From an uncultured bacterium (GTDB lineage: Bacteria > Bacillota_I > Bacilli_A > RFN20 > CAG-826), in contig CASEYK010000007.1 in assembly GCA_949292105.1 (NCBI GenBank), positions 29,588 to 93,587 of the forward strand: a stretch of 64,000 nucleotides of DNA, given 5' to 3'. The translations under genes were made by a program, and so were the position numbers. Under the pieces are notes generated by a model that saw only the letters and a program-made list of their open reading frames with translations, made no database searches and was not told the DNA's origin. Below are positions 10,601-17,205 of the stretch, piece after piece (within the stretch, counting starts at the first letter, position 1; every line of letters begins with the position of its first letter).

Positions 10601-10620
10601 ATACAAATTTAGTGGGGTAA
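7606..10620 (+). CDS. Large surface lipoprotein with Ig-like (BIG2-type) domains and two GLUG-motif repeat modules
   Basis: 1004 aa with a signal peptide ending ...AFSSSSC. GLUG-type repeats: GLFGYVSNLGVIKNLGV, GGLAGFNAGTIMNC, GGLVGRNEGTIENC, GSLVGYNSGVINYC. Duplicated module YILLNDIDL...FQGTFDGNGYTISGLYI versus FVLTNDIDF...FNGTIFGQGYSIKNLTI. ATGA overlap with the permease gene. Confidence 0.7.
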   Translation: MIKKGFLVVFCATILAFSSSSCSSSNKEKTLTFAQNEYTIQTGETITIKEDYKGVKYHFGGNSIPAGLSLNSDTGLITFDETIDNYTQVLYYATLDDIQSNFVVITLAKEYEQSVLQFVNPIDYISDGDYILATNSNGFSISYELVDEPRGISIDSVTGRISFTSGATNGETFTVRVSSHGVETSKTFIVATEQLAKVTNDTQSVELNGEIPVAYFLDFSDITSEEYSNDFIGVMYNKQLASSDSFIYDSDTQRVTLLPNYLSTFNAGENEIILITSRNTISVKLLVATKFIKTAEDLASIGENRDSLKGYYILLNDIDLTSYLSVGGKGYNDNKGWNPIGVYHDVTDGTALLDTFQGTFDGNGYTISGLYISRSDELSYNSGLFGYVSNLGVIKNLGVTSRAGTVNNVRSYSGGLAGFNAGTIMNCWSDVDLTNYSGENIFKIIGGLVGRNEGTIENCFAYGTVTGDDAVGSLVGYNSGVINYCYATKEGAELLIGQGGAATNSIQFDTLADLFNYDYSNYFDSLYWSFDQSSQPTLNHYLEYYFLFDIQIANSTATITRGQTLTIEVTINPSNLQSQYIDEVKYFVEGEGYTIDGNKIYTANAIEYEFIVSISLEVSGVVYSDSATFKLFDAVSTVVISSSTETVMEAGSSYKLECQVEPLTANQDVTWKLFPSTIYGVSIEQDVLTIDEDVQVSQFGIYASASGKSSTIQMIQIKKFEYLPQIYTYNDTTLPDTISFELPNNLDLGNVEVYRYNKKVEFSIQDNCVVVDSELIRQIPNTTLTFTFRLSDGNAYRTYATYLSHSNYDLNYVAKNYESYITLSSKEDFYKYFNMKDYNENRFVNYSKTFVLTNDIDFGGDIVYSIGYSDKVFNGTIFGQGYSIKNLTINENEQYFVLSSQEQENNYRSSKYAVGFFGSFNGSIYDVVFENVTVKANNWVGTFACTIDTNAVLENVVFINCKSMNANELTYPSSSEDKVAKVAPTCSGRLIGVIYDYKNTNLVG

Positions 10621-10624
10621 AATC

Positions 10625-11788
10625 ATGGACAACAAATTAGGAAAAAATCAAACTTATTCTCGCGTGCTAAACAACCGCTTGGTTATTTTAAAATTGCAGC
10701 AGAAAAATTATTCAGCGACTGATTTAGCAAAAGAACTTGCATTGTCAAACGCCACAATGTCATCTATTGCAAAAGAATTGCTTAAAGAAGGTATTATTAA
10801 GGTTGCTAATTCGTCATCAATTAAAGGTTGTGGCAGAAAACAAGTCTTCTATACAATAAACGAAAATTATGGCTTAATACTCGCAGTTAATATTTCAAAT
10901 TATCAAGCGACTATTTCAGTATCCAATTTAAAAGAAGAAATTTTGATTTCACAAATCCTTGAAGTTAAAAAATACGATGCTGAATCAATTTATCTAATTT
11001 TACTCCGCGCTTCGAAAATACTTATGGATGAAAAGTTCAAAAACACTGCGCTTAAAAATATAGTTATATCATTGCCTGGTCGAGTTAATCGTTTGACAGG
11101 TGAACTCATGCTTTCTAAACAATTTGATCCTGAACTTTTCAAAGAACAAAATTTTATTTTCAATGTATTTTCTCGCCAGTTTCCAAATACTCCAATCTAT
11201 ATTTCTAACGATGTGAATGTTTCGGCTTGTGCAGAAATGAAAAAAGGTTCTTTAAAAGGAACTAAGAATGCTGTTTACATTTCAGTTGATACTGGTATTG
11301 GTGGTTCGCTAATTGTTAATGGCCAACTATTTGAAGGTGACCAAGGTTATGCTGGCGAATTTGGTTTGATAAAGATTTTTGCTGATGGTAAATATGATTA
11401 TTTAGATGAATTTGCATCGTTGCGTGTGTTAATCGATAAAGCCGAAAAAATTACTGGTGAAAATCTTAACATGTCTCGCACCCGCCTAATTGAACTTTCT
11501 AAAACGAATAATGCTGTTAAAGAAGAAATTATTAAATCAGCTCATTTAGTTGGTCAATCTTTATCTAATCTCGTGGAGATAATGGATATTTCAACTATAG
11601 TCATTGGTGGTCGTGCCATTGAATTTGGGGAAGATTATCTTACAGCAATTAAAGATGAAATGAGCGATTTAATTTATCCGCCGATTGTAAAATTTGCTTC
11701 TCTTGGACGCAAAGCAAAAGTCATTGGCTCAATGTCTGTTGGTGTCGATTATGTTTTGAATAAAAATGTTAAAAAGGACAACAAATAA
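10625..11788 (+). CDS. ROK-family transcriptional regulator (NagC/XylR-like) lacking the Cys-rich zinc motif
   Basis: N-terminal wHTH (YSATDLAKELALSNATMSSIAKELLKEGII). ROK core blocks ISLPGRVN, DVNVSACAEM and GIGGSLIVNGQLFEGDQGYAGEFG. Confidence 0.8.
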   Translation: MDNKLGKNQTYSRVLNNRLVILKLQQKNYSATDLAKELALSNATMSSIAKELLKEGIIKVANSSSIKGCGRKQVFYTINENYGLILAVNISNYQATISVSNLKEEILISQILEVKKYDAESIYLILLRASKILMDEKFKNTALKNIVISLPGRVNRLTGELMLSKQFDPELFKEQNFIFNVFSRQFPNTPIYISNDVNVSACAEMKKGSLKGTKNAVYISVDTGIGGSLIVNGQLFEGDQGYAGEFGLIKIFADGKYDYLDEFASLRVLIDKAEKITGENLNMSRTRLIELSKTNNAVKEEIIKSAHLVGQSLSNLVEIMDISTIVIGGRAIEFGEDYLTAIKDEMSDLIYPPIVKFASLGRKAKVIGSMSVGVDYVLNKNVKKDNK

Positions 11789-11789
11789 A

Positions 11790-13352
11790 ATGAAAAAAAC
11801 AAAAAATAAACTGGAAAATGCGTCAATTTTGTTATTATTGTGTTCTTTTTTACCAATTTCTCTTTCAAATGAAGAACAATTAATTTTAGCTAGAGCGACT
11901 CAATTGCCAGATTCTAATGATGTACCATCCATGATGGCCATGACCTTACTTTCTGACCCATCAACATCGATGGGGTTTAATTGGAATACAATCAATTATA
12001 CAGATAGCGATTTGCAAATTGTCAAAGAAAGCATTGGAGATTTTGCCTCCAATGACACTCTTGAATTCATCGGAGAAACAAGTGTGTCAAAGGTGAATGG
12101 TGATGGTTTTATTCATTCTGTGAAAGCAAGCGGTTTGGAACCTAATACTGATTATATTTTTCGCTTAGGCGACAAAGAGTTAGATTTATGGGCGGAAACT
12201 GGTAGTTTTACTACCAGCAAAACATCGAATTCAAAAACTCATTTTATTCATGTGAGCGATCCACAAGGTGATGAACTTGAAGATTATCAAGCATATACTT
12301 CAACATTAAGTTCTGCCCTCTCTAATGGAGACATTGATTTTGTTGCTTTAACTGGTGACATAGTAAATAATTCTTGGGCTGGCCACCAGCCAATATTAGA
12401 ACAATGGGATTGGGCATTGACCGAACAATGGAATTTGCTGAAAGATTATCCAGTTATGCCTGTTAGCGGCAACCACGATGCTGCTGATAATGATTTTATA
12501 TCACGCTTCACACTGGATACGCCAAGTGGTGCGGCAACAGAATCGGGAGCATACTATTCTTTGGATTACAACGGCATACATTTTATTTGTTTGAACACAA
12601 ATGATACACAAAGTGAAAGTCCAGGCACCGGTCTTTCGGACGAGCAATACGATTGGTTGATTCAAGATCTTGAAAACAGCAAGAACGCTGAATGGATTAT
12701 TGTTACTATGCACAAAGGAATTTTTGATGCTGGTGGCCACTGTTCGAATACGGATGGAGAAGATTATGATATAGCTCATTTACGAGAACAACTCGCCCCC
12801 GTGTTTACTACTTATGGTGTCGATTTAGTTTTGCAAGGTCATGATCATTTATATTCTAGAACTTATCCTACTATTGCTAGTTATCTTGACGGACAATACA
12901 TTTATGAAATTGATGCTAATTACCAGATGGCTGAAACTATTTATGATAATGATACATATGATGTAATGACCAATGTGTCTGGGACTATATATCTTAATTC
13001 AGGATCATCTAGCGGTTCTAAATTTTATGAGCCAGTTGTTTACGATGAGTCTATTATCCATATTGAACAGGCTGGAAATCCTTCTTCTCGCATGTACACC
13101 GATATCATCGTTGATGGCAATATTCTTTTATGCCAAACATATGTTCTCAATGGTGATGAACAATCGCTATATGCTTCTTTTGGTATTGATAAAACCGTTG
13201 TAGAAGATGTGATTCCTGAGCCAGAAACCACACCGACATCTAACCAGTGGATTATTGTTACTATTGTTCTTTGCTCTGTCTGCGCCGTTGTTGTAGCGGC
13301 GGTGTTATTTATCATTTTTGGTCGAAAAAGAAAATTAAATAAAAAGAGGTAA
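11790..13352 (+). CDS. Surface-anchored calcineurin-like metallophosphoesterase (purple-acid-phosphatase-like)
   Basis: Signal peptide after MKKTKNK (ATG 11790, just after the ROK stop). PAP-type N-domain (DPSTSMGFNWNT). MPE motifs VSDPQGD, GDIVNN, SGNHD and GHDHLY. C-terminal TM helix plus GRKRKLNKKR tail. Confidence 0.75.
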   Translation: MKKTKNKLENASILLLLCSFLPISLSNEEQLILARATQLPDSNDVPSMMAMTLLSDPSTSMGFNWNTINYTDSDLQIVKESIGDFASNDTLEFIGETSVSKVNGDGFIHSVKASGLEPNTDYIFRLGDKELDLWAETGSFTTSKTSNSKTHFIHVSDPQGDELEDYQAYTSTLSSALSNGDIDFVALTGDIVNNSWAGHQPILEQWDWALTEQWNLLKDYPVMPVSGNHDAADNDFISRFTLDTPSGAATESGAYYSLDYNGIHFICLNTNDTQSESPGTGLSDEQYDWLIQDLENSKNAEWIIVTMHKGIFDAGGHCSNTDGEDYDIAHLREQLAPVFTTYGVDLVLQGHDHLYSRTYPTIASYLDGQYIYEIDANYQMAETIYDNDTYDVMTNVSGTIYLNSGSSSGSKFYEPVVYDESIIHIEQAGNPSSRMYTDIIVDGNILLCQTYVLNGDEQSLYASFGIDKTVVEDVIPEPETTPTSNQWIIVTIVLCSVCAVVVAAVLFIIFGRKRKLNKKR

Positions 13353-13356
13353 TGGT

Positions 13357-14520
13357 ATGGAACTCAAATTAGTCAATGTTTCAAAGGTATATAAAGGTAA
13401 AAAGAAAAGCGAAGATGTGCGTGCAGTCGACAATTTTAATTTGTCAATTAATAAAAAAGAGTTTGTTGTATTCGTTGGCCCATCTGGCTGTGGTAAATCA
13501 ACGACTCTTCGCATGATTGCTGGCCTTGAAGATATTTCGGAAGGCGAATTATATATCAACGGAGAACTGATGAATAAAGTTGAACCAAAATACCGAAATG
13601 TGGCAATGGTCTTTCAAAATTACGCTCTTTATCCTCATATGACTGCATATCAAAATATGGCTTTTGGCTTGAAAAATATGCATATTCCTAAAGACGAAAT
13701 TGATAGCAGAATTATGAAGGCAGTCAAAATATTAGATATCGAACATTTATTGAAACGAAAACCGCGTGCTATGTCAGGCGGAGAAAGACAAAGAGTTGCC
13801 TTAGGCCGCGCGATTGTTAGAACACCACAATTGTTTCTTCTTGATGAGCCTCTATCCAATTTGGATGCTAAATTGAGAGCTCAAATGCGTGTTGAAATTA
13901 CAAAACTATATGAGCAACTAGATACGCCATTCATTTATGTTACACATGATCAAGTAGAAGCGATGACAATGGGAACAATTATTGTAGTCATGAAAAAAGG
14001 TGTTGTGCAGCAGATTGATACTCCCGAAAATTTGTATGATTTTCCTCGCAATCGTTTCGTGGCTGGTTTCATTGGAACACCGCAAATGAATTTTTATGAA
14101 ACAGAAATGAAAAAAAATGAAAAGAATATCGAAATAACTCTTCCTAATGAAAATATTCTCTCAATACCTTTGACTCAGCTCCGCAATATTAAAAAAGAAT
14201 ATCTTGATGGAGAATTACACCATGTCATTTTAGGCATTAGACCAGAGCATATTCACATCGTGGATCAGCAAACTAAAGGAGCGTTCTGCGTTGAAACATC
14301 ATTATGCGAAAATCTTGGTAGCGAAACACTCGTGTATGCTGATTTTAATTTAGGTAGTGACTTGAACATTCGCGAGTCTAAATCATCTTTGGTTATTAAA
14401 AAATACGATCGTACTCTTTATAATCCCAAAGATAAAATTTATGTGTTTTTCGACGCGAATAAAATCCATCTTTTTACTAGTGACGAAAAAGAAGAATCCA
14501 TTTATGAAGAAAAGAACTAA
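13357..14520 (+). CDS. Sugar ABC transporter ATP-binding protein (MsmK/MalK/UgpC type)
   Basis: Walker A GPSGCGKST, signature MSGGERQR, Walker B LFLLDEPLSNLD, and a C-terminal MalK-like regulatory domain. Confidence 0.9.
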   Translation: MELKLVNVSKVYKGKKKSEDVRAVDNFNLSINKKEFVVFVGPSGCGKSTTLRMIAGLEDISEGELYINGELMNKVEPKYRNVAMVFQNYALYPHMTAYQNMAFGLKNMHIPKDEIDSRIMKAVKILDIEHLLKRKPRAMSGGERQRVALGRAIVRTPQLFLLDEPLSNLDAKLRAQMRVEITKLYEQLDTPFIYVTHDQVEAMTMGTIIVVMKKGVVQQIDTPENLYDFPRNRFVAGFIGTPQMNFYETEMKKNEKNIEITLPNENILSIPLTQLRNIKKEYLDGELHHVILGIRPEHIHIVDQQTKGAFCVETSLCENLGSETLVYADFNLGSDLNIRESKSSLVIKKYDRTLYNPKDKIYVFFDANKIHLFTSDEKEESIYEEKN

Positions 14521-14555
14521 CTGAAATAGTTCCTGATGGAAGGAGATAAGAATTT

Positions 14556-15608
14556 ATGAAACAACTCGATATCAAAAAATTGCACATGTATAGAGAAATA
14601 CATCAGCAAGCGGAAGCAGTCCTTAGAACTAAATCAATTAATATCGAAAAGATTAAAATAATAGCTTCCAAAATTAAAGAAAAAAATATTAATAATGTTA
14701 TTTTAAGCGCTAGAGGATCTAGCGATAATGTTTGCGTCTATTTTAAGTATATTTGTGAAATATTTGCAGGTTTGCCGTGTGGATTTGCTGCTCCCAGCGT
14801 ATCAACGATTTATGGCGGAAAATTAAAATATGACAACACTCTTGTTATAGGAGTGTCTCAATCTGGCGCAGGATTAGATATTTTAAATGTTATCGAAGAA
14901 GCGAAAAAAGCAGGTGCTATGACCATTGCTATTACGAACTATGAAACTTCTCTTTTGGCTCACGCCGCTGATTTTCATTTATATTTAGGATGTGGCGATG
15001 AAAAATCAGTAGCGGCAACTAAAACATTTATTACTGAAATGTATGTTTTAGGACTTATGTGTGCTGAAATTGCCGATAGCGATTATCTTCGAAAAAATTT
15101 AGATATGGTTCCTGAACTTTTGAAACAAACTCTAGAAGAAGAAAACAAAATAATTGAATTAGCTAACTTATGTACTAATTTTTATGATTGTTATTTTTTA
15201 TCGCGTGGAATTAACTATGTTTCTGTTTTAGAGTCAGCGTTAAAGTTACAAGAAACCACATATATCAAATCTAAGGCTTATTCAGTTTCTGATTTTTATC
15301 ATGGGCCATTCGCCGTCGTTGATTCGACACAAAATATCTTTCTGCTCCATGGCCAAGGCAGAGCAAATATGGATCTATATGAAATGTTTGAAAAGCTAAT
15401 GGACGCCGGAGCAAATGTTATTGTTATAAGCAATGACTCTTATTTCGCTGATTATCCAAAAACTTTTTTTGTTCCCAAGTGTGAAGAATGTGTTTCGCCG
15501 TTTGTTATCATCGAAATTATGCAACTATTTTCTTGTGCGCTAGCAGTCGCAAAAGGAAATAACCCAGATATTCCTCGAGGATTGAAAAAAGTAACTATTA
15601 CAAGATAG
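14556..15608 (+). CDS. Double-SIS-domain sugar-phosphate isomerase/deaminase (GlmS isomerase-domain-only; GlmD/AgaS/FrlB-like)
   Basis: GVSQSGAGLDIL and FLSRGINYVSVLESALKLQETTYIKSKAYSVSDFYHGPFAVVD parallel the SQSGETAD and LKLKEITYIH...KHGPIAL blocks of the bona fide glmS at 22175. It has no N-terminal amidotransferase domain. Confidence 0.75.
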   Translation: MKQLDIKKLHMYREIHQQAEAVLRTKSINIEKIKIIASKIKEKNINNVILSARGSSDNVCVYFKYICEIFAGLPCGFAAPSVSTIYGGKLKYDNTLVIGVSQSGAGLDILNVIEEAKKAGAMTIAITNYETSLLAHAADFHLYLGCGDEKSVAATKTFITEMYVLGLMCAEIADSDYLRKNLDMVPELLKQTLEEENKIIELANLCTNFYDCYFLSRGINYVSVLESALKLQETTYIKSKAYSVSDFYHGPFAVVDSTQNIFLLHGQGRANMDLYEMFEKLMDAGANVIVISNDSYFADYPKTFFVPKCEECVSPFVIIEIMQLFSCALAVAKGNNPDIPRGLKKVTITR

Positions 15609-15623
15609 AAAGGAATCTTTAGT

Positions 15624-16454
15624 ATGAAATTAAACAAAGGGGAAATTTATGTTCCTCAATCGGCAAATAAAAATAAAATTAAATATCTTTGTATTTCCGC
15701 TCATCAGGATGATATCGAAATCATGGCATATGATGGAATTATAAAAGGATATTGCAGTAAAAAATATTCTTTTGCGGGTGTTGTGACATGCGATGGTGCT
15801 GGTTCTGCTAGAACAGGAGCATATCAAAACTATACAGATGACATGATGAAACAAGTTCGAATTCAAGAACAAAAGGCAGCTAGCGAACTTGGAAGATACA
15901 ATATGCAAATATTTTTGAATTATTCTTCAGCAGAAGTGAAAGATCCACATAACGCGCAAATAGAAGAAGATTACATTAAAATCATTAATGAACTTCGCCC
16001 AGAAATTATCTACACACACAATATTTTAGATAAGCACCCAACTCATTTAGGAGTTGTCATAAAACTTATTAAAGCACTGAGGAAAATAGATAAAAATGTC
16101 CGCCCAAGAATAGTTTATGGTTGTGAGGTTTGGAGAGATTTAGACTGGGTGTGTGATGATTCAAAAATCGAGTTAGATGTCTCTAGAAAGCCAAGGTTAG
16201 CTAAAGATATTTTAAATGTTTTTAAGTCTCAAATTGTTGGTGGCAAAAGATATGATTTGGCCACCATTGGAAGAAGATATGCCAATGCAACATATGCCTC
16301 ATCACACAGTGTTGATGGTGCAAAAATGATAACATACGCCATTGATTTAACTCCTCTTATTGAAGATGAAACTTTGAGTATTAAGGCATTTGCATTAAAT
16401 TATATTGATAATTTTTATTCGACCGTTGAAAACACATTAGACAAATTGATATAA
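15624..16454 (+). CDS. PIG-L/LmbE-family N-acetylglucosaminyl deacetylase
   Basis: Zinc-site motifs ISAHQDDIEI (AHxDD) and DKHPTH (HxxH). 276 aa, with no signal peptide. Confidence 0.75.
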   Translation: MKLNKGEIYVPQSANKNKIKYLCISAHQDDIEIMAYDGIIKGYCSKKYSFAGVVTCDGAGSARTGAYQNYTDDMMKQVRIQEQKAASELGRYNMQIFLNYSSAEVKDPHNAQIEEDYIKIINELRPEIIYTHNILDKHPTHLGVVIKLIKALRKIDKNVRPRIVYGCEVWRDLDWVCDDSKIELDVSRKPRLAKDILNVFKSQIVGGKRYDLATIGRRYANATYASSHSVDGAKMITYAIDLTPLIEDETLSIKAFALNYIDNFYSTVENTLDKLI

Positions 16455-16483
16455 GTTAGATTTGATAAAAAATAAAAAAGTTA

Positions 16484-16512
16484 TTGATAAGTATACTTAT
16501 AGTCGCTATAAT
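16484..16512 (+). promoter_or_regulatory. Sigma-A-type promoter of rex-adhE
   Basis: TTGATA (16484-16489), a 17-nt spacer, then TATAAT (16507-16512). The spacer contains the perfect 14-bp palindrome ATAAGTATACTTAT (16487-16500). Confidence 0.55.
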
Positions 16513-16551
16513 CATTCTAGTCAGTAAAAAAATACTGATTAGGAGGTTATT

Positions 16552-17205
16552 GTGGCAGCCGATAAATCAATCTCAAGTAAACAACTCTCTCGCCTACCCA
16601 TCTATCTAAAACTCTTATATAGTCTAAAAGATAAAGGTGTCGAAAAAACAAGCGCTCCTCAAATTGCGAAAGCGCTTCAACAGAACGAGGAGCAAGTGCG
16701 AAAAGATTTACAAGTTGTTTCATCTCACATTGGCAAACCCAAAACTGGTCGAGTAGTGGTTGATTTAATCGATGACATTGAAACTTTCCTTGGATATCAT
16801 GATGCGACATCGACTGTCATTGTCGGTGTTGGTCACCTTGGCGGTGCATTCATGAATTATTCTGGATTCTCAGAGTTCGGTTTAAATATACTTGCAGGAT
16901 TTGATGTCGATGAAAACCTTGTTGGTGGCAAAATCAACAACAAGGAGATTTTTCATGTTGATTCTTTAGAAGAATATATTGTCAATCATCAAGTACACTT
17001 AGCAATTTTGGTAACTCCAACGGACGTTGCGCAAAATATTGCTAACCGATTAGTTAAATCTGGAATTAAAGCCATTTGGAACTTTGTTCCCATTCAATTA
17101 AGGGTGCCTGAGGATGTCATTGTGGAAAATGTCAATTTGGCTAGTTCACTCGCTGTCCTCTCACATAAATTAAAACTCAATTTAGAAAAGGAAGAGAAGT
17201 TATGA
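16552..17205 (+). CDS. rex: Redox-sensing transcriptional repressor Rex
   Basis: GTG start 5 nt after AGGAGG. N-terminal wHTH RLPIYLKLLYSL...SAPQIAKAL plus a Rossmann fold (VIVGVGHLGGA). ATGA overlap with adhE. Confidence 0.9.
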   Translation: MAADKSISSKQLSRLPIYLKLLYSLKDKGVEKTSAPQIAKALQQNEEQVRKDLQVVSSHIGKPKTGRVVVDLIDDIETFLGYHDATSTVIVGVGHLGGAFMNYSGFSEFGLNILAGFDVDENLVGGKINNKEIFHVDSLEEYIVNHQVHLAILVTPTDVAQNIANRLVKSGIKAIWNFVPIQLRVPEDVIVENVNLASSLAVLSHKLKLNLEKEEKL

